NCBI GenBank assembly: GCA_031414675.1 | Contig: JANNWE010000330.1 | Coordinates: forward strand, 1-44,079 | DNA length: 44,079 nt | From: Cytophagaceae bacterium | GTDB lineage: Bacteria > Bacteroidota > Bacteroidia > Cytophagales > Spirosomataceae | Reading direction: 5' to 3' | Shown here: positions 8,937-17,256 of the stretch, piece by piece | Layout: the number at the start of each line of letters is the position of its first letter | How positions within the stretch are numbered: the first letter of the stretch is position 1 | Notes under the pieces: generated by a model | Told to the model about the DNA's origin: nothing | Seen by the model: the letters and a program-made list of their open reading frames with translations, nothing else | Database searches by the model: none | Translations under genes and position numbers: made by a program

Positions 8937-9422
8937 ATGAAAACCATCTCCGATCTTTTAGTATTAGGAAACCCCAAATTATATGAAAAGGCTGAGCCTA
9001 TTGTCGAATCAGAATTAGACAAGTTAAATGAATGGACAGCAGATCTTCATAATGTAATGAAGGAAATTAGGTTAAAATATAATTTTGGCAGGGCAATAGC
9101 AGCCCCACAATTAGGAATTATGAAACGACTAATTTATATGAACATTACAGAGCCAAAAATCTTCATAAATCCTACATTTTCGTTTTTGAGTGAAGAAATG
9201 ATGGAAGTTTGGGATGATTGTATGTGTTTCCCACAGCTTTTTGTAAAAGTCAAAAGGCACCAAAAAGTAACCGTAAACTATTTAGATCAAAACTGGAAAC
9301 CTCAGGTAGAAACCTTTGAAAATGACACTTCGGAGTTAATTCAACATGAATATGATCACTTGGAAGGAATATTATGCACTATGAGGGCAATTGATAAATT
9401 CTCCTTTAAATGGAGAATTTAA
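8937..9422 (+). CDS. def: Peptide deformylase (atypical motifs)
   Basis: LGNPKL, AIAAPQLG, FINP, DDCMC in place of EGCLS, QHEYDHLEG. Confidence 0.85.
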   Translation: MKTISDLLVLGNPKLYEKAEPIVESELDKLNEWTADLHNVMKEIRLKYNFGRAIAAPQLGIMKRLIYMNITEPKIFINPTFSFLSEEMMEVWDDCMCFPQLFVKVKRHQKVTVNYLDQNWKPQVETFENDTSELIQHEYDHLEGILCTMRAIDKFSFKWRI

Positions 9423-9622
9423 AAAAAAATTTAACTTTTTAAAAAATGTCATTGTATATTTAAGGATTAAAATCCGAATGATTTTCAAAATTCTTTAATG
9501 GAAAAAATTCAATTTTAATTCATAAGTAATTCAACAAATAGAATTCTAAATTTTTAAGAAATTAACAAAAATATTAAGCCTAAGAGCTAAGAATTATTTA
9601 ACTGCATTTACCAATTAATTTT

Positions 9623-10066
9623 ATGAAAAATGTTTTGTTTCTATTTCTAATCGTAAATTTTGAATATTCTTATGGGCAAGTCAATCAAGAACTTCAAATA
9701 AAAAATACTATAAATGTTGTATTTGAAGCAATGAAATCAAGTGATTCTACCCTATTAAAAACTGTACTACATCCAGAATGCACATTACAAACAGTTGGTA
9801 TAAAAACAGGACAACCTTCTGTATATAAAAAGGATAAGATTCAAAATTTTATTACGTCCATCGGAACTTTAAGACCTAATACCACTTTGGAAGAAAGATT
9901 ACTCTCCTATCAAATAAATATCGATGAGGCTTTAGCTATTGCATGGACACCTTATGAGTTTTACATTAATGGTAAATTAAGCCATTTTGGAACAAACGTT
10001 TTCACTTTAATAAAAACTGATACTTCCTGGAAAATAGTCTCAATTATAGATACAAGAAAAAAATAA
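9623..10066 (+). CDS. Exported NTF2-like (lumazine-binding-like) protein
   Basis: Signal peptide, AIAWTPYEFYING..SH.G.N.F.L, WKIVSIIDTR. Confidence 0.8.
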   Translation: MKNVLFLFLIVNFEYSYGQVNQELQIKNTINVVFEAMKSSDSTLLKTVLHPECTLQTVGIKTGQPSVYKKDKIQNFITSIGTLRPNTTLEERLLSYQINIDEALAIAWTPYEFYINGKLSHFGTNVFTLIKTDTSWKIVSIIDTRKK

Positions 10067-10070
10067 AATT

Positions 10071-11858
10071 ATGGTAAAAAAAATACTAGTTTTCATTTGT
10101 TGCGGGTTATTTTTTGCGGGATGTGACTCAAAACCAAAAAACAACAAGAAACTGGATTTGCTTTTTGAAAATTATTTCGAAGAACGCTTCAAGTTCTTCC
10201 CTTTAGAAGCTACCTCACAAGGTGACAATAGATTTAATGACTTGTTACCTTTAGATATTACTGATAGTTACAGAAATCAACTCCTGATTTTTTATCAAAA
10301 ATATTCTAATGAATTAGATAATTTCGCTGAAAAAGACCTAAATGAAGATCAAAAAGTATTCTATAATACGCTCCGCTTTTCAATTAATTCCGAAATCGAA
10401 AGCCTTAACTTTCCAAAACATTTAATGCCGTTTAATCAATTTGAAGGCTTACCGCTAACATTTGCACAACTAGGAAGTGGAGAGGCTTCACAGCCATTTA
10501 AAACTATTAAAGATTATGAAAACTGGCTTAAAAGAGTAGATCAATTTTCAATTTGGGGAGATTCTGCCATCGTGAATTTTAGAAAAGGAATTGTCGACGG
10601 ATGGATTTTACCAAAATCTTTGGTAGTGAAAATGATTCCTCAAATGAAAGAGTTATCCAATTCCACAGTAGAAGAAAGCGTATTTTTTGGTCCAATAAAA
10701 AACATTCCGTCTAGTTTTTCAGCCTCAGAAAAACAAAATTTAACTGAAAAATATAAGAAAGCTATAATCGAAAAAATAAATCCAACGTATAATAAACTTG
10801 GAGATTTTTTATCAGCCGAGTATTTGAAAGTTTCAAGACCTACAAGCGGAATTATGTTTGTAAGAAACGGAAAAAAATATTACGATTATTTAACCTACGC
10901 CTGGACCACCACTTTGAAATCGCCAAATGAAATATTTCAAACTGGATTATCCGAAGTAGATAGGATTAAAAGAGAAATGGAAAAAGTTAAGACTGAAGTT
11001 GGATTTAAAGGAAATTTGAATGCATTTTTCTCCAGTTTAAAAAATGACTCAAAACTAATGCCTTTTAAAACTCCAGATGAAGTCTTGGAAGCCTTTAGAA
11101 CTATTCAATCTAAAATTGAACCTAATCTTGCTAAAATGTTTTCAATAAGTCCTAAAACTAAATTTGAAATTAGGAGAACTGAGGCTTTTAGAGAAGCCAC
11201 CGCCAGTGCTGAATACTTACAAGGAACTGCAGATGGAACACGCCCTGGAGTTTTTTATGTCCCAATTCCTGATGCTAAAACTTTTAATATTACTTCTGGG
11301 ATGGAGTCCTTATTCTTACATGAAGCCATTCCTGGACATCATTATCAGGTTTCATTGCAACAAGAAAACCAAAAAATTCCAAAATTTATGCGTTTTAGTT
11401 GGTATGGAGCCTATGGAGAAGGTTGGGCTCTTTATACGGAATCTTTAGGCAAAGAACTTGGCTTATATACTAACCCTTACCAATATATGGGTGCATTAGG
11501 TGACGAAATGCATCGAGCAATTCGATTAGTTGTAGACGTTGGAATGCACACTAAAGGCTGGAGTCGCGAAGAAGCCTTAAATTTCATGATGGCTAATGAA
11601 GCTATATCTGAGCAAGGGGCGATTGCCGAAATTGAAAGGTATATGGCAATTCCCGGTCAAGCACTTTCCTACAAAATTGGAGCTTTAAAAATTAGGGAAC
11701 TTAGAAATAAATATAGCATACAATTAAATAAAGATTTTAGATTGGCCGAATTTCATTCAGAAATCTTAAAAAATGGATGCCTCCCTTTAGAAGTTTTAGA
11801 AGAAAACCTAAACGCTTGGGCTAACAAAATAAAACCAACCAATCCACCTCAATCTTAA
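10071..11858 (+). CDS. DUF885 family lipoprotein (putative metallopeptidase)
   Basis: Lipobox FAGC, HEAIPGHHYQ, EGWALYTE, RAIRLVVDVGMH, PGQALSYKIG. Confidence 0.9.
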   Translation: MVKKILVFICCGLFFAGCDSKPKNNKKLDLLFENYFEERFKFFPLEATSQGDNRFNDLLPLDITDSYRNQLLIFYQKYSNELDNFAEKDLNEDQKVFYNTLRFSINSEIESLNFPKHLMPFNQFEGLPLTFAQLGSGEASQPFKTIKDYENWLKRVDQFSIWGDSAIVNFRKGIVDGWILPKSLVVKMIPQMKELSNSTVEESVFFGPIKNIPSSFSASEKQNLTEKYKKAIIEKINPTYNKLGDFLSAEYLKVSRPTSGIMFVRNGKKYYDYLTYAWTTTLKSPNEIFQTGLSEVDRIKREMEKVKTEVGFKGNLNAFFSSLKNDSKLMPFKTPDEVLEAFRTIQSKIEPNLAKMFSISPKTKFEIRRTEAFREATASAEYLQGTADGTRPGVFYVPIPDAKTFNITSGMESLFLHEAIPGHHYQVSLQQENQKIPKFMRFSWYGAYGEGWALYTESLGKELGLYTNPYQYMGALGDEMHRAIRLVVDVGMHTKGWSREEALNFMMANEAISEQGAIAEIERYMAIPGQALSYKIGALKIRELRNKYSIQLNKDFRLAEFHSEILKNGCLPLEVLEENLNAWANKIKPTNPPQS

Positions 11859-12096
11859 TATTTTTAATGCCGGCGTTTGACTAAATTAATAAAAAGGAGG
11901 GTTTAGATTTTAAGTAAAGATACTAAATAGTCATCTCGTGATTTTATGTAGCAAACAAAAAGTCCCCCTTTTAAATCAAATGACATGTAAGTACTTAATA
12001 TTTAAGTGATTATATTAATTATATTTTATTTTTTAAAGGCATGTATGTTTTTAATACCATATTATTAGCTGATTAATTTTATTTTCGATTTCAACT

Positions 12097-12525
12097 ATGA
12101 TCAGAGAAGCAAATGAAAATGATTGGATAGAGGTCTACGATTTGATTGTTGAACTTGAAAATTTTTCATTCGCCCAAGAATCATTCAAAGAAATATATTA
12201 TAAAAATATTCAAGACAAAAAAGTAGTTTATTTTGTAAAAGAAATTGAAAAAAAAATAATAGGGTTTGTAAGTATCCTCCTAAGTACCCCTTTACATCAT
12301 TGTGCCACAATAGCGGAAGTTCAAGAATTAATTGTAACAGAAAAATTCAGAAACGCCAAAATTGGGAAAGAGCTCCTTTGCTTAGTGGAGCAATTGGCTA
12401 ATGAAAATGGTTGGGTTCAAATTGAAATAGCTAGCAATATTAAAAGATTACAAGCACATAATTTCTATATCGCAAATCAATTTCCAAGAAGTCACTACAA
12501 ATTTGTAAAGAAAATCAAGAATTAA
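12097..12525 (+). CDS. GNAT acetyltransferase (PhnO-like)
   Basis: IQEL-like VQELIV..KFRNAKIG acetyl-CoA loop, R..AHNFY, SHYKF. Confidence 0.8.
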   Translation: MIREANENDWIEVYDLIVELENFSFAQESFKEIYYKNIQDKKVVYFVKEIEKKIIGFVSILLSTPLHHCATIAEVQELIVTEKFRNAKIGKELLCLVEQLANENGWVQIEIASNIKRLQAHNFYIANQFPRSHYKFVKKIKN

Positions 12526-12769
12526 ATTTAAATATATTAAAAAAATGAAACGAGTATAAGTTGTATTTTTCATTATTTTCTGAAATTATAATAATTATAT
12601 AATTTACAATAATTATTGTATTAATAATAATTATAATAGAAATAATTGTATTCTTCCTTAATAATAAATCCAAAAAAAAATAATCCTAATGAGAAAGAAA
12701 GTAATACTGATATACCCCGATAATATGAACAAAAGGGCATAATTTATACCTCAAAAATACAAATTTCAT

Positions 12770-12777
12770 TACCTTTG
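12770..12777 (+). promoter_or_regulatory. sigmaA -7 element
   Basis: TACCTTTG 30 nt upstream of the ATG at 12808. It overlaps the track's TTG start, which argues against that start. Confidence 0.6.
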
Positions 12778-12807
12778 TGGAACAAAAATTCAAAGACCCA
12801 CTTTTTT

Positions 12808-14253
12808 ATGTCAGTTATCCATGACCTTGGTTTAGGAACGAATCAAAAAGCCCTCAAAATAAATCTTGATAAAAATATTTATGGCACTTTTGCAGAAATT
12901 GGAGCAGGTCAAGATGTAGCCGGGTCATTCTTTAAAGCAGGTGGAGCGTCGGGTACCATAGCAAAGTCTATGTCTGCCTATGATATGAAATTTTCTGATG
13001 CTATTTATGGACCAGTAAAAGATGGAAGATATGTGTGCCAGGAGCGATTGGAAAGTATGCTTGATCATGAATACAACCTACTAATTGAAAGGCTTGATCA
13101 TCAAAGAGGAGAAAATACTCAGTTTTTTTCATTTGCAAATACCGTAGTTGCTCTAAACTATCATAAAAACAATGAACCGCATGGCTGGGTTGGATGTAGG
13201 TTTCAATTGCATCCAAATGGCGAATATCATGATGTGGTAGTCCATATCAGAATGCTTGATAACGATACAATTTTACAACAACGAGCGATGGGGATTGTTG
13301 GAGTAAACCTCATTTATGGATGCTTTTATTATAATGAAGACCCTGAAATTTTATTAGAGTCCTTAAGAGACAATTTGTCTAAAGATAGAATTCAGATTGA
13401 TATGATACGATTTGAAGGCCCTCATTTTAAATCGGTAGATAGCCGACTTATGAGTCTCAGGCTAGTAAAAAATGGATTTTGCGATTTGGCTCTTTTTGGT
13501 CCAGATGGGAAAATTTTACAGCCTTCTGATTCACTTTATAAAAAACACATTTTTGTTTTAAGGGGCCGTTTTAGACCAATTATTAATGTGCACTTAGATA
13601 TGCTTGAAAACGGGGTCAGGCAATTTGTGCAAGAATCCGATGTTGACGAAAGTAAATTAGTGGTGGTATCTGAACTTACACTGCAATCTTTGCAAGAAGG
13701 TAAAGAAGGAATAGACGAAAAAGACTTTTTAGATAGAGTAGATATCTTATGCTCTTTAGGACAAACAGTAATGATTACTAATTACATTGAATACTACAAA
13801 TTAGTATCCTACCTTTCAAAAATCACTCGTTTAAAAATTGGTTTAGTAATTGGTTATCCTAATCTAGAGTATATTTTTGAAGAAGAAAACTACAAAGACT
13901 TACCAGGCGAAATATTAGAATCATTTGCTACGTTATTTAGTAGAAAAGTTAAGTTGTTTGTGTACCCAACTTTGAGAAATAACATTATAATGAACTGCAT
14001 GAAGTTTAACCCTCCATCTCATTTAAATGATTTATTTCGTTATCTAATTGCCAACAATAAAATAGAAGACATTTATCATTATGACATGTCAAACCTTAGT
14101 ATTCAAACTGATAATATGCTTGATTTAATCCAAAGAGGAGAAACAGGGTGGGAAGAAAACGTACCTACAGAGGTTGTAAAAATGATTCAAGACAAATGTC
14201 TTTTTGGCTTTCCATGTGTAGTTATACCAAAAAAAAGTGAACCTAATGTTTAA
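12808..14253 (+). CDS. Nucleotidyltransferase-superfamily protein (CinA/PncC-like N-terminus, NadD-like C-terminus)
   Basis: AEIGAGQ...AGGASGTIAKSMSAYD N-terminal block, RGRFRPIINVH (degenerate GxFxPxHxGH), C-terminal WEENVP.EV..MI....LFG. Confidence 0.65.
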   Translation: MSVIHDLGLGTNQKALKINLDKNIYGTFAEIGAGQDVAGSFFKAGGASGTIAKSMSAYDMKFSDAIYGPVKDGRYVCQERLESMLDHEYNLLIERLDHQRGENTQFFSFANTVVALNYHKNNEPHGWVGCRFQLHPNGEYHDVVVHIRMLDNDTILQQRAMGIVGVNLIYGCFYYNEDPEILLESLRDNLSKDRIQIDMIRFEGPHFKSVDSRLMSLRLVKNGFCDLALFGPDGKILQPSDSLYKKHIFVLRGRFRPIINVHLDMLENGVRQFVQESDVDESKLVVVSELTLQSLQEGKEGIDEKDFLDRVDILCSLGQTVMITNYIEYYKLVSYLSKITRLKIGLVIGYPNLEYIFEEENYKDLPGEILESFATLFSRKVKLFVYPTLRNNIIMNCMKFNPPSHLNDLFRYLIANNKIEDIYHYDMSNLSIQTDNMLDLIQRGETGWEENVPTEVVKMIQDKCLFGFPCVVIPKKSEPNV

Positions 14254-15802
14254 ATATTTCATAAAAAATTTAATCCTGCTTTTATTCTTTTCCTACTTTA
14301 CAATAGCTCAAAACCATACAATTAAAATCCAATTGCCTTCAGAAAAAAATTGGAATATTGGCTTAGAAGGGGAACCTATTTTATTTAAATTAAATGGTTT
14401 AAGTGACTCTTTAAATTCAGAAATTAAGTTTGATATTCAACAAGGCAGACAAATTGGAATGAATTTAGATTCCCTTGGATTCTTTTCTTGGATACCCAGC
14501 TTTAGCTTGGTAAACAGAATTGAAAAAGAAAAACTTTATCAATTTATTGTGGAAGCAAATTCAATAACAGAAGGAAAAACAACTGCAATCATTGAATTAA
14601 AAGTAAAACATGTTAATCGAAGTCCCGTTGTAACTGAATTATTGCCTTTTTACATTAAATATAACACTACTAATTCTTATAAAATAAAATCAGAAGAAGC
14701 ATTTGATGAAGATAATGATCAAATAGTATTCATTCCTTCTCTAGAAACTCTTCCAGAGGGCATGACTCTTTCAAGTATTGGAGAAATAAATTGGAAGCCT
14801 TCTTATAACCAATTTAGAGCAATTAAAGAAAAACCAATATATATTGAATTCTTTGTGCAAGACCAACCAAATAAATCACAAACAAAAGGAAAATTAAAAG
14901 TAGAAGTTACACAATTGGATTTGCCTCCCCAAATTATTTCAATTCCTAAAAATGAATACTTAAAAATCAAAGAAAACGAAAATATTAACATAAAGTTCTA
15001 CCTATCAGATCCTAATGGAGATGAAGATATTGAAGTTTTTGATTTCTTATCAAATCAAACTGGCTTACCTAAAACCTTGCTCACAAAAAATAGCAATAAT
15101 CAATATGAATTCGTTTGGCTTCCTGGATACGATTATGTGCAAGATCCTAAAGACTCAGTTAGTTTTTATATTGATTTTTTTACCTTAGATAAATCTCAAA
15201 AAAGAGAAGTTAAACGAATTAACTTTTCAATTCTAAATTCAATTAATGAGGCAGAAACAGATAAAAAAAACTATAATCTGTATTTTGGAACCTTGACAAG
15301 AGCCTGGGAATTATTAGAACAATTAAAGGAAAAAGAGGAAGAATTAAAAAAAGCTTACAATAAAGCTAGAAAAGGCAAAAAAAGTCGGTCTGTTGTCAAT
15401 GCTTCATTAGGTGCAACTACAGGATTCTCTTCTATTCTTTCCAAAAACAAACCTGACGTTCAGCGAGCTATTTCGACAATTGGGGGCACTACGGTTCTTA
15501 CTATTGGAACTTTAGAAGCAACTGAGGTAATTGGAAAATCAATGAAAGATTTGATTGACAGACTAAATTATGTTATTGAGAAAAAAAATGAACTTCAGAC
15601 CAAAGGCGACATACTTTCTAGAGATTTCTCATTAAAAGCGGCGAGAAGATCTCCTGATTTTATTAAAAAGGTAGATGATTTTATGGCTATGATGAATTTA
15701 AAAGGTCTGGTAGCTTTAGAGCTAAATGCAACATGGGAGTCTAAAAATAAGCCTACAGAATCAAATGTTAAGAAAACTTTTAAAGACTTTAATGTTTGGT
15801 AA
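14246..15802 (+). CDS. Exported protein with Ig/cadherin-like repeats and C-terminal coiled coil
   Basis: Signal peptide ending TIAQ. Repeated G.F.W.P motifs, VNRSP, DEDND, DPNGDED, LPEGMTL. Helical C-terminus. ATG at 14246 chosen over GTG at 14237. Confidence 0.7.
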   Translation: MFKYFIKNLILLLFFSYFTIAQNHTIKIQLPSEKNWNIGLEGEPILFKLNGLSDSLNSEIKFDIQQGRQIGMNLDSLGFFSWIPSFSLVNRIEKEKLYQFIVEANSITEGKTTAIIELKVKHVNRSPVVTELLPFYIKYNTTNSYKIKSEEAFDEDNDQIVFIPSLETLPEGMTLSSIGEINWKPSYNQFRAIKEKPIYIEFFVQDQPNKSQTKGKLKVEVTQLDLPPQIISIPKNEYLKIKENENINIKFYLSDPNGDEDIEVFDFLSNQTGLPKTLLTKNSNNQYEFVWLPGYDYVQDPKDSVSFYIDFFTLDKSQKREVKRINFSILNSINEAETDKKNYNLYFGTLTRAWELLEQLKEKEEELKKAYNKARKGKKSRSVVNASLGATTGFSSILSKNKPDVQRAISTIGGTTVLTIGTLEATEVIGKSMKDLIDRLNYVIEKKNELQTKGDILSRDFSLKAARRSPDFIKKVDDFMAMMNLKGLVALELNATWESKNKPTESNVKKTFKDFNVW

Positions 15803-16202
15803 ATCCTAAAAAATACTTAACCAACTTAAGAATTTAAAGCACTAAAATGTAGGAAAATGTCAAATTAATTTACACGCAAATTGAAAATATATTTACTTTA
15901 AACTAAACAAAAACAAATAACCTCAAATTAGAATAATACAATAATGAAATTTATTTAAGTGCTTATAAATGAAATCTTAATACAAAATTAAAAAAAAGAA
16001 ATATATTGAAAAAACCACATTATATTGTAATTTATGAAATGTTTTTCGACAAAATATTAAATTAGAGTAGTTTTAATTAGCAATGAATTCTTAAAAAAAA
16101 TCAAGATTTGTTTTGCTTTATAATATAAAAATAATTACCTTCAATTAGTGATAAATTTCACTTTCAAAATCCAGTGTTTCACTTAAATAAAGAATTGTAA
16201 TT

Positions 16203-16556
16203 ATGAAGATTCAAGTAAATGCAGTGCACTTTAGTGCGGACAGTTCATTGAAATTATTTATTCAAAAAAAACTTGATAAACTAGAAACCTTTTCCGACAG
16301 AATAATCGGTGGCGAAGTTTTTTTAAAGCTTGCCAAAGGAGACAAATTAAACACCCATAAAAAACAGATTGAAATAAAATTGAATTTACCTGGAAGTTCA
16401 ATTTTTGTAAGCGAAACCGCTGACACTTTCGAAGCAGCTACAGACATTGCAATGAACACATTAACCAGAAAAGTAAAACAATTTAAAGAAAAGGTTTCTA
16501 GTGTAGTAAGAGAAAAACCGGAAGCTGAGTTGGTGGAAGAAACAGACGAATATTAA
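16203..16556 (+). CDS. raiA: Ribosome hibernation factor HPF/RaiA
   Basis: MKIQVNAVHF.AD..L..FIQKKLDKL, EIKLNLPG, TFEAATD - short Bacteroidota HPF. Confidence 0.9.
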   Translation: MKIQVNAVHFSADSSLKLFIQKKLDKLETFSDRIIGGEVFLKLAKGDKLNTHKKQIEIKLNLPGSSIFVSETADTFEAATDIAMNTLTRKVKQFKEKVSSVVREKPEAELVEETDEY

Positions 16557-16561
16557 AGAAG

Positions 16562-16588
16562 AAAAGCCCTGAAATTCAGGGCTTTTTT
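16562..16588. terminator. Terminator between convergent raiA and tsaB
   Basis: AAAAGCCCTG-AAATT-CAGGGCTTTT. The right arm lies in the last codons of tsaB. Confidence 0.75.
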
Positions 16589-17256
16589 GTTTTAAAGAGA
16601 TATTCCTTCAAATAAAATGGCTCAAAACTTATAAGATCCTCAAATAATTTGATTTTGAATTTTTCAAATATTATTGAACCTGAGAAGCTTGCTTGAGGCC
16701 TTATTTCACTCTCTAAAAAGTAGGCATTTTTATGAGTTAATATAGAAAGACATTTTTTACTTCCCTCTCCAAAAAAAAGAATCCTATTGTTATCTAACAA
16801 ATCAAAATACGAATTTTCGTCTATTATATCAGCAGAAATTTCAATTCTATTTTCTTTTGTTTTTGCGTCGTAAAAAGCACTATAAACCTCCATTCTCCTT
16901 GCATCAAGCATTGGACAAAGTAAATCAAAACCTTCTTTTAAAAATAACTGCTGCACCATTCCTTCTAATGTAGCGTAGGAAATTAGAGGCTTATCTAATA
17001 CAAAACATAAACCTTTTGCTGTGGAAACTGCAATTCTTAAACCAGTATAAGATCCAGGCCCCTTTGCAACTGCTATTGCATCAAGTTCAGCCATTGTAGT
17101 TTTAGCATTACTTAGCACTTGCTCAATCAACATTGTAAAATATTCTGCGGCAGATCGCTCCACACTTATTTCAGAATAACTAAGTAATATATTATCTTCA
17201 AACAAAGCAACAGAACAACCTGAGCTAGAAGCATCAATTGAAAGTATTTTGCTCAT
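16576..17256 (-). CDS. tsaB: tRNA t6A biosynthesis protein TsaB
   Basis: ILSIDAS..GCSVAL, GPGSYTGLRI, PMLDARRMEVY, FEPFYLK. Confidence 0.95.
   Translation of the reverse strand: MSKILSIDASSSGCSVALFEDNILLSYSEISVERSAAEYFTMLIEQVLSNAKTTMAELDAIAVAKGPGSYTGLRIAVSTAKGLCFVLDKPLISYATLEGMVQQLFLKEGFDLLCPMLDARRMEVYSAFYDAKTKENRIEISADIIDENSYFDLLDNNRILFFGEGSKKCLSILTHKNAYFLESEIRPQASFSGSIIFEKFKIKLFEDLISFEPFYLKEYLFKTKKP

Noticed and set aside
11891-11900. AAAAAGGAGG Shine-Dalgarno-like word suggesting a hidden small gene
   Set aside because: No start codon at suitable spacing, and genes in this window do not use SD motifs.
6511-12525. Accessory-looking gene block as a genomic island
   Set aside because: No integrase, transposase, tRNA or flanking direct repeats, and no obvious compositional shift by eye.
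15803-16202. 400-bp gap before raiA as a small ORF or RNA gene
   Set aside because: The + strand ATGs I checked close within a few codons, and no stable hairpin or tRNA-like fold is visible.
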